64,000 nt of DNA from a virus: positions 32,001 to 96,000 of IMG/VR virus record IMGVR_UViG_3300027741_000024; one strand, written 5' to 3'. Positions 8,933 through 19,632 of the stretch are shown in pieces. A program made the translations under genes and the position numbers. The notes under the pieces are model-generated. The model was not told the origin of the DNA and searched no databases. It saw nothing but the letters and a program-made list of their open reading frames with translations. Position 1 is the stretch's first letter. Each line of letters starts with the position of its first letter.

Positions 8933-10564
8933 ATGGATGACGGATACCTTGGTAATGCTAGACTTAAAAAAACAGGCACTGAACTATCCTATACTGAAGA
9001 ACAAGTATTAGAAATCGCAAAGTGTGCAGATGATCCTGTATACTTTATCAAAAAATACGTCAAGATTGTCAATGTTGACCGTGGTCTTATTCCATTTGAC
9101 ATGTGGGATTTTCAAGAGGACATGGTACGTACCTTTCACGAAAATCGTTTTACTATTGCAAAGATGCCACGACAGGTTGGTAAGACAACTACGACAGTTG
9201 GTTACATGTTATGGGCAGCAATCTTCAACGAAGAATACACTATTGGTATTCTTGCCAACAAAGGTCAGTTAGCCCGTGATATTCTAGGTCGTATTCAAAA
9301 GGCATATGAATATCTCCCTGCTTGGTTGCAACAAGGTATTATGACATGGAACAAAGGTTCTTTAGAATTAGAAAATGGTTCCAAAATATTTGCTTATGCA
9401 ACATCAGCAGGTGGTGTTCGAGGTGGTACTTATAATTTAATTTTTCTTGATGAGTTTGCGTTCGTTCCACACAACATGGCAGTTGAATTCTTCACATCAA
9501 CATATCCTGTTATCTCTTCTGGTCAAACCTCCAAAGTAATTATCGTTTCAACTCCTAATGGATTGAATTTGTTTTATAAGATGTGGACAGATGCAATTGA
9601 AAAACGTTCCACATATAAAACAGTTGAAGTTCACTGGTCGCAAGTACCTGGTCGTGATGCTCAGTGGAAAGAAGAAACAATACGAAACACTTCCGAAGAA
9701 CAATTTCGACAAGAGTTTGAGACAGAGTTTATTGGTTCATCGGCAACTCTTATTTCTGGTGCAAAACTTAGATCATTAGCATTTCATGAACCAATTAAAA
9801 TAGAAGAAAATTTTTACATTTATGAAGAACCTATACCTGGTCATCTATACATTGCTACGGTAGACTGTTCAGAGGGTGTAAATTTAGACTATTCCACCAT
9901 TAATGTACTTGATGCTACACAAGCACCATACAAACAGGTAGCAAGATACCGTAATAATAAATTACCACTATTGTTTTTTCCAACAGTCATTTACTCAGTT
10001 GCAAAACGATACAATGAAGCATTCGTATTAGTAGAAACTAATAATGTTGGTCAACAAGTGGTAGATATTCTTCATTATGACTTAGAGTATGAAAATATTT
10101 ACAAGACTGAACAACATCACATTAAAGGTCAGTCTATCTCTTCAGGATTTAAAAGGTCAACATCGTTTGGTATTAAAACAACCAAATCAGTCAAGAAGAT
10201 TGGTTGTGCCAACTTAAAGACTTTGGTGGAGAATGACAAGTTGATTATCAATGACTTTGATACCATTAATGAGATGAATACATTTGTTCGAGTCAGAGAT
10301 TCATATGCGGCAGAAGAAGGCAGCAATGATGACATTGTTATGGGATTGGTTTTGTTTTCTTGGTTGACTGCACAGTCATTCTTCAAAGACTCTACCAATA
10401 TTGATATTCGTAAGATGATGTTAGATGAACAAAATATGTTAATTGATGAGACCATGACACCTTTTGGATTCATAGAAAATGGTCTCCAAGAAGAAGTTGT
10501 AGATGATGGTGATGACCGTTGGCACTTTGCGGAAAAACGTGGGTATCCAATCTCAAGTTTCTAA
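8933..10564 (+). CDS. gp17: Terminase large subunit gp17
   Basis: PRQVGKTT Walker A, FLDEFAF Walker B, STPNG, nuclease DDIVM. Confidence 0.97.
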   Translation: MDDGYLGNARLKKTGTELSYTEEQVLEIAKCADDPVYFIKKYVKIVNVDRGLIPFDMWDFQEDMVRTFHENRFTIAKMPRQVGKTTTTVGYMLWAAIFNEEYTIGILANKGQLARDILGRIQKAYEYLPAWLQQGIMTWNKGSLELENGSKIFAYATSAGGVRGGTYNLIFLDEFAFVPHNMAVEFFTSTYPVISSGQTSKVIIVSTPNGLNLFYKMWTDAIEKRSTYKTVEVHWSQVPGRDAQWKEETIRNTSEEQFRQEFETEFIGSSATLISGAKLRSLAFHEPIKIEENFYIYEEPIPGHLYIATVDCSEGVNLDYSTINVLDATQAPYKQVARYRNNKLPLLFFPTVIYSVAKRYNEAFVLVETNNVGQQVVDILHYDLEYENIYKTEQHHIKGQSISSGFKRSTSFGIKTTKSVKKIGCANLKTLVENDKLIINDFDTINEMNTFVRVRDSYAAEEGSNDDIVMGLVLFSWLTAQSFFKDSTNIDIRKMMLDEQNMLIDETMTPFGFIENGLQEEVVDDGDDRWHFAEKRGYPISSF

Positions 10565-10567
10565 AAA

Positions 10568-10575
10568 ACTAAATA
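10568..10575 (+). promoter_or_regulatory. Putative late promoter ACTAAATA before gp18
   Basis: TATAAATA-like, in the intergenic gap before the AAGGAG RBS. Confidence 0.55.
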
Positions 10576-10619
10576 GACTATCAAAGACAATTGACCCAAA
10601 CAATTAAAGGAGAAATCCA

Positions 10620-12317
10620 ATGGCATTTCAATTATCACCTGGAGTAAATGTATCAGAAATTGATCTGACTACAGTTATTCCTTCAGTTGCAACTTCTACA
10701 GGAGCATTTGTAGGACCTTTTGCTTGGGGACCATGCAGTGAAGTTACTACCATTTCTGACGAAACTCGTTTAGTCAGTACCTTTGGTAAACCGAATAACG
10801 ATAATTATGAATATTGGTTCTCAGCAGCAAACTTTCTGGCATACGGAAACAATTTAAAAGTAGTTCGTGCAATCAATACCGCAACATCTGGAAATAGTAC
10901 AGCAAGCGGTAATCCTGTTCAAATCAAAAATAAAGATGAGTGGACAGCAAATCAACAAGGTAATGCGGACGGCACAAATAACGGATGGGCAGCACGTTAT
11001 CCTGGTGCAATTGGCAATACACTTAAAATTTCTGTAGCAGATGGCGGTTCATATGCTGGATGGGCATACGCTTCTCAATTTACCGCAACTCCAAATACAT
11101 CTACTTATGTTGCCAGCAAAGGCAATTCAAATGCTAATGATGAAATGCATATTGTAGTTGTGGATGAAGAAGGTTTATTTTCAGGCACCGCAGGCACAGT
11201 TTTAGAAAAATATGCATTTGTTTCAAAAGCATCCGATGCAAAAGATGATTCTGGCAATTCAAGTTACTATAAAAATGTTATTGCTCAACAATCACAATAT
11301 ATTCACTGGTTGGCACATCCTGCTACTGCAAACTTAGGTTCAGGCACTGCATGGGGTTCAACAGCAAATGGATCTGCATTTAAAACAACAACAGCAAATA
11401 TCACATTCTCATTCTCTGGCGGTACTGATGGTAACATTAGTTCATCCCAGATTACTTCTGGTTGGGATTCATTTAAAAATGCTGAAGCAGTTGATGTGTC
11501 GTTGTTAGTAACTGGTACAGGTAACTCAACAGTTGCAACATATGTTATCAGCAACATTGCAGAAAGTCGTAAAGATTGCGTAGCATTTATTTCGCCAACT
11601 AAGGCAAATGTTGTCAACAATCCAGGTAACGAAGCAACATCGGTAGTTGCTTTCCGTAATGCTTTGACATCATCTTCTTATGCTGTAATTGATTCTGGTT
11701 ACAAATACCAGTATGACAAATATGCAGACCTCTATCGCTGGGTACCACTGAATGGTGACATTGCTGGTCTCTGTGTTCGTACAGATACCGAACGTGATCC
11801 TTGGTTCTCACCAGGTGGTATGAACCGTGGTGTAATTAAAAACGTAGTTAAACTTGCATGGAATCCAACTAAGACTGAGCGTGATACATTATACGTTACA
11901 GGTATTAACCCAGTTGTTTCATTCCCAGGTGAAGGTACAGTTTTGTTTGGTGATAAAACAATGTTGGCCAAACCAAGTGCATTTGATCGTATCAATGTTC
12001 GCCGTTTGTTTATTGTACTTGAGAAAGCAATTAGTCGTGCAGCACGTTTCTCATTATTTGAATTCAATGACCAGTTTACACGTGCTCAGTTTGTAGCAAT
12101 CGTAGAACCATTCTTGCGTGATGTACAAGGTCGCCGTGGTATCACTGACTTCCGTGTTGTTTGTGATGATACAAATAATACTGGACAAGTTATTGATTCA
12201 AATCAGTTTATTGGTGACATTTATATCAAACCAGCCCGATCAATCAACTTCATTCAGTTGAACTTTGTTGCCGTTCGTACAGGCGTACAGTTCAATGAAG
12301 TTGTAGGATCGTTCTAA
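10620..12317 (+). CDS. gp18: Tail sheath protein gp18
   Basis: MAFQLSPGVNVSEIDLT, FDRINVRRLF, IKPARSINFIQLNFVA. Confidence 0.97.
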   Translation: MAFQLSPGVNVSEIDLTTVIPSVATSTGAFVGPFAWGPCSEVTTISDETRLVSTFGKPNNDNYEYWFSAANFLAYGNNLKVVRAINTATSGNSTASGNPVQIKNKDEWTANQQGNADGTNNGWAARYPGAIGNTLKISVADGGSYAGWAYASQFTATPNTSTYVASKGNSNANDEMHIVVVDEEGLFSGTAGTVLEKYAFVSKASDAKDDSGNSSYYKNVIAQQSQYIHWLAHPATANLGSGTAWGSTANGSAFKTTTANITFSFSGGTDGNISSSQITSGWDSFKNAEAVDVSLLVTGTGNSTVATYVISNIAESRKDCVAFISPTKANVVNNPGNEATSVVAFRNALTSSSYAVIDSGYKYQYDKYADLYRWVPLNGDIAGLCVRTDTERDPWFSPGGMNRGVIKNVVKLAWNPTKTERDTLYVTGINPVVSFPGEGTVLFGDKTMLAKPSAFDRINVRRLFIVLEKAISRAARFSLFEFNDQFTRAQFVAIVEPFLRDVQGRRGITDFRVVCDDTNNTGQVIDSNQFIGDIYIKPARSINFIQLNFVAVRTGVQFNEVVGSF

Positions 12318-12341
12318 ATAGAGAGAAACAGGAGAAAATAA

Positions 12342-12887
12342 ATGGCATTTAATGTAAATCAGTTCCGTTCACAATTAACAGGTGACGGTGCCCGCCCAAA
12401 TCTATTTGAGGTAAGTTTGCCGTTTCCTGCGTTCTCATTGCCAGGAAACGCACAAACAAAAACAACGTTCATGTGTAAGACAGCACAACTTCCAGGTTCA
12501 ACTCTGGGTGTTGCGCCTGTACAATACTTTGGTCGTGAGTTAAAGTTTGTGGGAAATCGTACATTTGCTGACTGGACAATTACAGTTATCAATGATGAGG
12601 ACTTTGTGGTACGCAATGCATTTGAACGTTGGATGGCTGGCATTAATAGTCATAATCTAAACGTTCGTAATCCAGTTGCTGGTACACCACTTGGTTACAC
12701 TGTTGATGGTGAAGTTACTCAGTTTGGCAAAGCAGGCAACACTCTTAAAAAGTATAAATTTATAGGATTGTTTCCAACAGATGTAACTCCAATTGACGTT
12801 GATTGGGGTTCAAATGATGCGATTGAAGAGTTCTCTGTTACTTTGACCTACCAGTGGTGGGACTCAGTAGCAAGCGGCGTGATCTAA
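12342..12887 (+). CDS. gp19: Tail tube protein gp19
   Basis: GARPNLFEV, GNRTFADWTITVINDEDF, IEEFSVTL. Confidence 0.96.
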   Translation: MAFNVNQFRSQLTGDGARPNLFEVSLPFPAFSLPGNAQTKTTFMCKTAQLPGSTLGVAPVQYFGRELKFVGNRTFADWTITVINDEDFVVRNAFERWMAGINSHNLNVRNPVAGTPLGYTVDGEVTQFGKAGNTLKKYKFIGLFPTDVTPIDVDWGSNDAIEEFSVTLTYQWWDSVASGVI

Positions 12888-12888
12888 G

Positions 12889-12911
12889 AGTAGGGGATTT
12901 TCCCTACTTTT
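12889..12911 (+). terminator. Rho-independent terminator after gp19
   Basis: agtagggg-attt-tccctact followed by T run. Confidence 0.7.
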
Positions 12912-12931
12912 ATCTATAGGATGAAAGATTA

Positions 12932-14602
12932 ATGGCAATAAAATTATTCGGCTTTACATTAGGCTCAAAGGATGTTGTTCAGGTAGAAAAACCTGAGCAG
13001 TCATCCTTTGCGTTGCCTACTGCGGCTATTGATGACGGTGCAGTTACCGTTACACAGAATGCCTATTATGGTACGTATGTCGATTTAGAAGGTTCGGTGC
13101 GTAATGAGATTGAACTCATTACACGTTATCGTGAGATGTCTAATCATCCAGAATTAGATATGGCAATTGATGAGATTGTCAACGAAGCAATCTCTCATGA
13201 TGAAGCAGGTAAAGTTTGTGATATCGTAATGGATAATCTCAATCAACCTGAATCAATCAAAAAGAAAATCAACGAAGAGTTTCAAAACGTCTTAAAGATG
13301 TTGAACTTTTCTAATCTTGCGGATGACTTATTCAAACGTTGGTACATTGATGGAAGATTGTTCTATCATGTTGTTGTCAACGATAAAAATCCAAAAGAAG
13401 GTATACAAGAACTAAGATATATTGATCCACGTAAGATTCGTAAAGTTCGTGAGATCAAAAAAGATCGTGATCCTAAAACAGGCGCACAGATTATTGCATC
13501 TACCGCAGAGTATTATGTCTTTAATGATAAAGGTCAGACTACTCAAACATTTACATCAAATGTAGGTCAAGGCGTTCGTATTGCACCAGATTCAATTATT
13601 AATGTGAACTCTGGTTTGATGGATGCAAAGAATACATTTGTTATTTCATATCTACATAAAGCAATCAAGCCACTCAATCAACTTAGAATGATTGAAGATG
13701 CGATTGTTATCTACCGTATTAGTCGTGCTCCCGAACGCCGTATATTCTACATTGACGTTGGTAACTTGCCACGTGGTAAAGCAGAACAGTATCTTCGTGA
13801 TGTTATGGTCAAGTATCGTAACAAGATGGTGTATGATGCTAACACTGGTGAACTTCGTGATGAACGTAAGCACATGTCGATGCTTGAAGATTTCTGGTTA
13901 CCACGCCGTGAAGGTGGTAAAGGTACAGAGATTACTACATTACCAGCGGGTCAAAACTTAGGTGAATTGGAAGATGTTAAATACTTTCAGAAGAAATTAC
14001 TACAGTGTTTGAATGTACCTTATTCACGCCTTGAAGATACTGGAGGTGGTTTTGCAGGCATGGGTCGTTCACAAGAAGTTACCCGTGATGAATTAAAGTT
14101 TGCTAAGTTTGTTTCTAGACTTCGTAATAAGTTTACACAGTTATTTGATCATGCTTTGCGTATTCAGTTGGTACTTAAAGGTATCTGTACATTGGAAGAG
14201 TATGAAGAATTCAAAGAAGATATCTACTATGACTTCCAAAAAGATAATAACTTTACTGAGATGCGAGCCTCAGAATTGTTACAGAATCGTTTACAGATGT
14301 TGCAAATGGTTGATCCATATATTGGTAGATACTTTTCTAATCATTACATTAAGAACAAAATTTTGATGATGACAGATGAAGAGATTGAGAAGATGGATGA
14401 ACAAATTGCAGAAGAAAAAGATTCATTACCAGATGATATGCAAGGTTCTATAATGAATGCGCCTCAAGATGGTGCCGATGCTAATGAGTATCCACCAGAA
14501 GATAATACCGCAGAAAATACAGATCAAGAAGAGTCTTTAACACCTGGTCTAGATGATGAGGTAAACAAGTCTGTAACAAACATAAATAGTAAACGTAAAT
14601 AG
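12932..14602 (+). CDS. gp20: Portal protein gp20
   Basis: YRISRAPERRIFYIDVGNLP, EDFWLPRREGGKGTEITTLP. Confidence 0.97.
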   Translation: MAIKLFGFTLGSKDVVQVEKPEQSSFALPTAAIDDGAVTVTQNAYYGTYVDLEGSVRNEIELITRYREMSNHPELDMAIDEIVNEAISHDEAGKVCDIVMDNLNQPESIKKKINEEFQNVLKMLNFSNLADDLFKRWYIDGRLFYHVVVNDKNPKEGIQELRYIDPRKIRKVREIKKDRDPKTGAQIIASTAEYYVFNDKGQTTQTFTSNVGQGVRIAPDSIINVNSGLMDAKNTFVISYLHKAIKPLNQLRMIEDAIVIYRISRAPERRIFYIDVGNLPRGKAEQYLRDVMVKYRNKMVYDANTGELRDERKHMSMLEDFWLPRREGGKGTEITTLPAGQNLGELEDVKYFQKKLLQCLNVPYSRLEDTGGGFAGMGRSQEVTRDELKFAKFVSRLRNKFTQLFDHALRIQLVLKGICTLEEYEEFKEDIYYDFQKDNNFTEMRASELLQNRLQMLQMVDPYIGRYFSNHYIKNKILMMTDEEIEKMDEQIAEEKDSLPDDMQGSIMNAPQDGADANEYPPEDNTAENTDQEESLTPGLDDEVNKSVTNINSKRK

Positions 14603-14610
14603 GAGTTGTG

Positions 14611-14820
14611 ATGGATATTCAAGACATAATTAATAATATTGCAGCAGGCGAAAATCTTGACGCTAAAGAAGGTTTAGAAAATGTATTATCCACGAAAGCG
14701 TTCGATGCGCTCCAAAATCGCAAACAAGAAATCGCTTCTGCTCTTTATGCTGGGCAAGAGGAAACGCCTGAAGATGATGCCGAATCCGAAGAAGAAAACG
14801 AAGAAATAGAACAAGAATGA
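14611..14820 (+). CDS. gp67: Prohead core protein, gp67-like
   Basis: Small, acidic C-terminus; directly follows gp20; CATAAATA at 14581 and AGGAG RBS. Confidence 0.6.
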   Translation: MDIQDIINNIAAGENLDAKEGLENVLSTKAFDALQNRKQEIASALYAGQEETPEDDAESEEENEEIEQE

Positions 14821-15494
14821 AATCGTTACTAGATTTTAAACTTATTACGGAAGAAGAGAAGAAAGACTATTCAAAGTTTGATGCTCTTGTTCGTGCAGGT
14901 TTAGCAAACAAAGCACAAGTGCAACGTATCCACAAGATACTGGATAAGATGGGTGAAGATAAACCTAATTTTAGTCCTGCTGATCGTGCCATAATGCAGA
15001 ACTTGTTTAACCGTATGGTAGATTTAATTTCTAATAATAAACAAATTTATGGTCGTGTAAAGCAAGCGGTACGTGAAGAGTTGGATGAGTCAACAAGTTC
15101 ACCACTGGTACCAGTACCGCCAATTATTCTGGTAATCAAACGTAAAGCGGTAAGATTATATCCAGATGGTACACGTATTGCATTGTACTACAGTGATAAG
15201 ATGAATAGGTATTTTAGTGTGCCGTTTGGATCACCAATGGCAGATATTTCTGGTATACAGGCAGAAAATTTTATTGATGAACTAAGAGCAACTGTTAAAT
15301 TAACTGAAGAGACTACATTAGAATTGCAAGATGGTAGTCAAATAGAACTTGATACTTTGATGGTTAATCGTATAGTTTATGCTTACGATGGTTTAGAAGA
15401 AGAGAACAAAGAAAAGTTTATAGACTTACTAACAAGTTCCGAAGAAAGTTTTGACAAGACATATGAGTTTTGTAGATCACATTATCAAGTCTAA
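14817..15494 (+). CDS. Hypothetical prohead/internal head protein
   Basis: Head operon; N-terminus MKSLLDFKLITEE resembles a capsid-targeting sequence. Confidence 0.5.
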   Translation: MKSLLDFKLITEEEKKDYSKFDALVRAGLANKAQVQRIHKILDKMGEDKPNFSPADRAIMQNLFNRMVDLISNNKQIYGRVKQAVREELDESTSSPLVPVPPIILVIKRKAVRLYPDGTRIALYYSDKMNRYFSVPFGSPMADISGIQAENFIDELRATVKLTEETTLELQDGSQIELDTLMVNRIVYAYDGLEEENKEKFIDLLTSSEESFDKTYEFCRSHYQV

Positions 15495-15915
15495 ACTAGA
15501 TGAAGCTCGTCAGGCCATCTTTGCACGTTTAGATGAACTTGTTGCTCAAAAGTTAGAAGAAGCAAAACCATTTGTTGTTGAAACAATTTTTGAGGAAGTT
15601 GAGTGGGAAGGTTTGGATGAGGCAGTAAAACGTAATCCAAATATTATGAAGATGGGTAGAGTTACTAAAATTCGTAGGCGCATTCGCCGTAACACCAAAG
15701 GTAGAATTATAGTACAAAGAAATGTTCGTAAGTCGGGTATTAAAGGTTATAAATTGTCAGGTAATACAGTACGTAAAATACCTGCAACAGTAAGAATAGC
15801 AAAAGCACGAAAGTTAAAACGTTCGTGGAAAACAACAAGAAGAGCAAAACTTAGACGCACATTGATGAAAAGAAAGATGTCGATGCGCCGAAGATCATCT
15901 ATAGGACTAAAGTAA
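15463..15915 (+). CDS. gp68: Prohead core protein, gp68-like, with Arg/Lys-rich C-terminus
   Basis: Between gp67 and gp21; very basic tail (RRKMSMRRR-like); start chosen at ATG 15463. Confidence 0.55.
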   Translation: MSFVDHIIKSKLDEARQAIFARLDELVAQKLEEAKPFVVETIFEEVEWEGLDEAVKRNPNIMKMGRVTKIRRRIRRNTKGRIIVQRNVRKSGIKGYKLSGNTVRKIPATVRIAKARKLKRSWKTTRRAKLRRTLMKRKMSMRRRSSIGLK

Positions 15916-15916
15916 A

Positions 15917-16282
15917 ATGGGAATTGAATATAACAATACGTTAAGAGGATCATCAGTGATTAGGATTAATGATCCTGGCACTTATTATATTAATCTTACT
16001 GATTTAAGAGCAAACACAACTACTGAAAACGTAACTTCGTTTGATATCAAACGTATATTTTGGTCAACAAACGGTAACATTCTTATTACCAGAAACAGTA
16101 TTCCACTTCTGAGTTTACATAACTCAAGTGAATTCCGTTTTGATGATTTGGGATATTCATTAGCAAACAATAATACATCAAGTGTAACTATTACAATTAA
16201 TAGTGGAGGCACTGTTATTATGGAAACTTCAAAAGTTGCTTCTTATAACGTTGATCCATATACAGGGTATTCAATTCCATGA
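15917..16282 (+). CDS. Hypothetical protein (head operon)
   Basis: 121-aa ORF overlapping the gp21 start (ATGA). Confidence 0.55.
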   Translation: MGIEYNNTLRGSSVIRINDPGTYYINLTDLRANTTTENVTSFDIKRIFWSTNGNILITRNSIPLLSLHNSSEFRFDDLGYSLANNNTSSVTITINSGGTVIMETSKVASYNVDPYTGYSIP

Positions 16283-16929
16283 AACTAATTAAAGAACAAA
16301 TTGAGGACGTAAAGTACCTTACAGAAACCACAGAGAGTGGTAAAAAAAACATGTATATCGAAGGTCGTTTTTTGGTTGGCGATGAAGTCAATCGAAATAA
16401 CCGCATGTATGAAATGAAAACATTACGAAATGAAGTTGCTCGTTATACCAAAGAATACATCAATACTAATCGTGCTCTTGGTGAACTAGGGCATCCAGAT
16501 ACTCCATCGTTAAATCTAGAACGTGTGTCACATAAGATTGTAAGTCTAGTAGAAGATGGAAATACTTTCAGAGGTAAAGCACTTGTATTAGATACACCTT
16601 ATGGCCAGATTGTCAAGAATTTTATTGATTGTGATGTTAATCTTGGTGTATCCAGTCGTGCTATGGGTTCTGTAGTTATGACAAAAGAAGGTTATAATCT
16701 GGTACAAGATGATCTGCGTCTTGCTACAGCTGCAGACATTGTTGCTGATCCATCTGCACCCGGTGCTTTCGTTCAAGGTATTATGGAAAACAAAGAATGG
16801 TTGTTTGTCGAGGGGCGATTTGTTGAAGTAGACTTTGACAATGCTAAAAGACAGATTCGTGCAGCACCTTCCCGTCAGATAGAGGAAGTTGCTCTGAAAC
16901 TATTTGAAAATTACCTATCTAAACTTTAA
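16279..16929 (+). CDS. gp21: Prohead protease gp21
   Basis: ALGELGHP, LGVSSRAMGS, DIVADPSAPGAFV. Confidence 0.96.
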   Translation: MKLIKEQIEDVKYLTETTESGKKNMYIEGRFLVGDEVNRNNRMYEMKTLRNEVARYTKEYINTNRALGELGHPDTPSLNLERVSHKIVSLVEDGNTFRGKALVLDTPYGQIVKNFIDCDVNLGVSSRAMGSVVMTKEGYNLVQDDLRLATAADIVADPSAPGAFVQGIMENKEWLFVEGRFVEVDFDNAKRQIRAAPSRQIEEVALKLFENYLSKL

Positions 16930-16933
16930 AATT

Positions 16934-16941
16934 TATAAATA
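16934..16941 (+). promoter_or_regulatory. T4-type late promoter TATAAATA before gp22
   Basis: Exact consensus; gp55 is encoded in the window. Confidence 0.8.
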
Positions 16942-16963
16942 AGAAATCATAAGGAGATATCCA

Positions 16964-18214
16964 ATGGCAACAAACAAACTCATGGAAGCAGCAGCCGAAA
17001 TTCTTGCAGGTAGCAAGAGTTCTGCTCCTGCTATGCCAATGCAAAAACTTCCAGGTGCTACTATTGTAGACATGGGCGGTCCTACACCTCAAGATTCTAA
17101 ACCTGAAGGCGATTCAAATAAAATTGATGCAACCAAAGGTGCTAAATCTGCAACTGCTCCTACAACTAAACCTTCTGCTGCATCGTCAGACACTCAAAAC
17201 CGTGTTGGTAAAAACACTATGCGTGAAAATGAAGAGTATGATGAAGATCAACTTGATGAAGTTTCTTTAGATACTGCTGCAAAAGTTTACAAAAAACGTG
17301 CAGACAATGCATATGATGGTCAGAGTAATAAAGATGTAAACAAACAAGTATCAAGCAGAGAAATTATTGGTAAAAGGTTTGGTCTTGCAGGTAAACAAAT
17401 GGCCAAAGGAATTGAGAAAAAATACAGCAATTATTCAGAAAGCACAGATCAGGAAGAGTATTCAATGATTGACGAAATGCGGGCACAGATGCACGATGAT
17501 ATTCAAGCACTGTTTGCTGATGACCAAACTATTTCGGAAGATTTTAAATCTAAAGCCGCAACAATTTTTGAAGCACGTGTCTTTGACCGTGTTGCACAGA
17601 TTCAAGAAGAAATGGAATCCGAGTATGCTGGTATGCTTGAAGAAACCGTTGAACAAATCAAATCCGATCTAACAGAGAAGGTTGATGATTACCTAAACTA
17701 CGTAGTAGAACAGTGGATGCAAGAGAATCAAATCGCTATTGAAAGTGGTCTGCGTTCTGAAATCACAGAAGATTTTATTGCTGGTCTCCGTAATCTGTTT
17801 GCAGAAAACTATATCAATGTTCCAGAAGATAAAGTTGACCTAGTTGAAGAGTTAGCCGCTAAAGTGGAAGAACTTGAAACTAAACTCAATGAAGAAATTG
17901 AAACAAACATTGAATATAAAAAAGCTTTGACTGAAGCTATTAAAGAACAATTGACAGTAGAAGTATGTGAAGGTTTGACCGCAACTCAAGTTGCAAAAAT
18001 CAAAACACTTGCAGAAAGTGTAGACTTTTCCACAGAAGAAGAGTTTGTAGAGAAACTTGAAACCTTGCGTGAAAACTATTTTCCATCTGGTATCCAGAAA
18101 GCGAAAGTATCACATCTTCAAGAGCAATTTGAAGAGACTGAAGAGAAAAAATTGGTAAGTGCTGATCCATTTATTTCCGCAGTTTCACAAGCAATTTCAA
18201 AAACAAAAATTTAA
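16964..18214 (+). CDS. gp22: Prohead scaffold gp22
   Basis: FKSKAATIFEA, VDDYLNYVVEQWM, LRENYF; acidic coiled coil. Confidence 0.93.
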   Translation: MATNKLMEAAAEILAGSKSSAPAMPMQKLPGATIVDMGGPTPQDSKPEGDSNKIDATKGAKSATAPTTKPSAASSDTQNRVGKNTMRENEEYDEDQLDEVSLDTAAKVYKKRADNAYDGQSNKDVNKQVSSREIIGKRFGLAGKQMAKGIEKKYSNYSESTDQEEYSMIDEMRAQMHDDIQALFADDQTISEDFKSKAATIFEARVFDRVAQIQEEMESEYAGMLEETVEQIKSDLTEKVDDYLNYVVEQWMQENQIAIESGLRSEITEDFIAGLRNLFAENYINVPEDKVDLVEELAAKVEELETKLNEEIETNIEYKKALTEAIKEQLTVEVCEGLTATQVAKIKTLAESVDFSTEEEFVEKLETLRENYFPSGIQKAKVSHLQEQFEETEEKKLVSADPFISAVSQAISKTKI

Positions 18215-18235
18215 AAAATAAACAAGGAGATACAC

Positions 18236-19573
18236 ATGTATTTGTCTGAAGAAAGCCAACAAAAATGGGCATCGGTACTGGATCATCCAGACCTTCCCGC
18301 AATTAAAGATCCATATCGCCGTGCTGTTACCTCTGTTATTCTGGAAAACCAGTTGACAGAAATGCGTAAAGAAGCTGGCATTCTGAACGAAGGTCCTCCA
18401 GCTAACTTTTCTGGTACAGGCGGTTTCGGTGGCGGTGCTGCTGCAGCTGGTCCAGTTGCCGGTTTTGATCCAATCCTTATTAGCTTGGTTCGCCGTTCAT
18501 TGCCTAACTTGATCGCTTATGACGTTTGCGGCGTTCAGCCAATGACTGGTCCTACAGGTCTGATTTTTGCAATGCGTACTAAGTACGACACACAAGGTGG
18601 TACTGAAGCATTCTATAACGAAGCTAACACAAACTTCTCAGGCGCTAACGGTGCTATTGCAACTGGTTCTATGACCATTTCTGCTAACGCCACTGACGTT
18701 CTGTTGGGTAACGCATCGCCAGGTAACGCAATGACAACTGGTTCTGCTGAAGCCTTGGGTGACGGTGCTGCTGGTAACACATTCCAACAAATGGCATTCT
18801 CAATTGAGAAAGTCACTGTAACTGCTAAGACACGTGCTCTGAAAGCAGAATACTCAATGGAATTGGCACAAGACTTGAAAGCAGTTCATGGTCTTGACGC
18901 TGAAACTGAATTAGCAAACATTTTGTCTGCTGAGATTCTTGCTGAGATTAACCGTGAAGTTATTCGCACAATTTACTACGTTTCGAAGCGTGGCGCACAA
19001 GCAGGTACAACTACTAAAGGTGTGTTCAACCTGGATACAGATTCGAACGGTCGTTGGATGGTTGAAAAGATTAAAGGTCTGGCATTCCAGATTGAGCGTG
19101 AAGCCAATCAAATCGCCAAGACAACCCGTCGTGGTAAAGGTAATGTAATGATCTGCTCGTCAGACGTTGCATCTGCCTTAGCAATGGCTGGTATTCTTGA
19201 CTATCAATCAGCATTAGCTGGTCAAGTTAATCTGACAGTTGATGACACTGGCAATACATTTGCTGGTACAATCTTCGGTCGTATCAAAGTTTACATTGAT
19301 CCATATTCGCAGACTGGTTCAACCTCTGAGTTCGCAGTTGTGGGCTACAAAGGTACCAATGCATATGACGCAGGTATTTTCTACTGCCCATACGTTCCTC
19401 TGCAAATGGTTCGTGCAGTTGATACTGGTACTTTCCAACCTAAGATCGGTTTCAAGACTCGTTACGGCATGGTTGCAAACCCATTTGCCGAAGGTACAAG
19501 TCAAGGTCTAGGCGCAATGAACGTTGGTCTAAACAACTACTATCGTTCATTCGGTATTCAAAACTTGATGTAA
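18236..19573 (+). CDS. gp23: Major capsid protein gp23
   Basis: GVQPMTGPTGLIFAMR, RALKAEYSMELAQDLKAVHGLDAE, FQPKIGFKTRYG. Confidence 0.98.
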   Translation: MYLSEESQQKWASVLDHPDLPAIKDPYRRAVTSVILENQLTEMRKEAGILNEGPPANFSGTGGFGGGAAAAGPVAGFDPILISLVRRSLPNLIAYDVCGVQPMTGPTGLIFAMRTKYDTQGGTEAFYNEANTNFSGANGAIATGSMTISANATDVLLGNASPGNAMTTGSAEALGDGAAGNTFQQMAFSIEKVTVTAKTRALKAEYSMELAQDLKAVHGLDAETELANILSAEILAEINREVIRTIYYVSKRGAQAGTTTKGVFNLDTDSNGRWMVEKIKGLAFQIEREANQIAKTTRRGKGNVMICSSDVASALAMAGILDYQSALAGQVNLTVDDTGNTFAGTIFGRIKVYIDPYSQTGSTSEFAVVGYKGTNAYDAGIFYCPYVPLQMVRAVDTGTFQPKIGFKTRYGMVANPFAEGTSQGLGAMNVGLNNYYRSFGIQNLM

Positions 19574-19600
19574 TCAAACCACCACTAAGAGTGGGTTTAG

Positions 19601-19628
19601 AGAGAGTCCTTCGGGACTCTCTTTTTTT
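19601..19628 (+). terminator. Rho-independent terminator with C(UUCG)G tetraloop after gp23
   Basis: agagagtcc-ttcg-ggactctct-tttttt. Confidence 0.92.
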
Positions 19629-19632
19629 CGTT

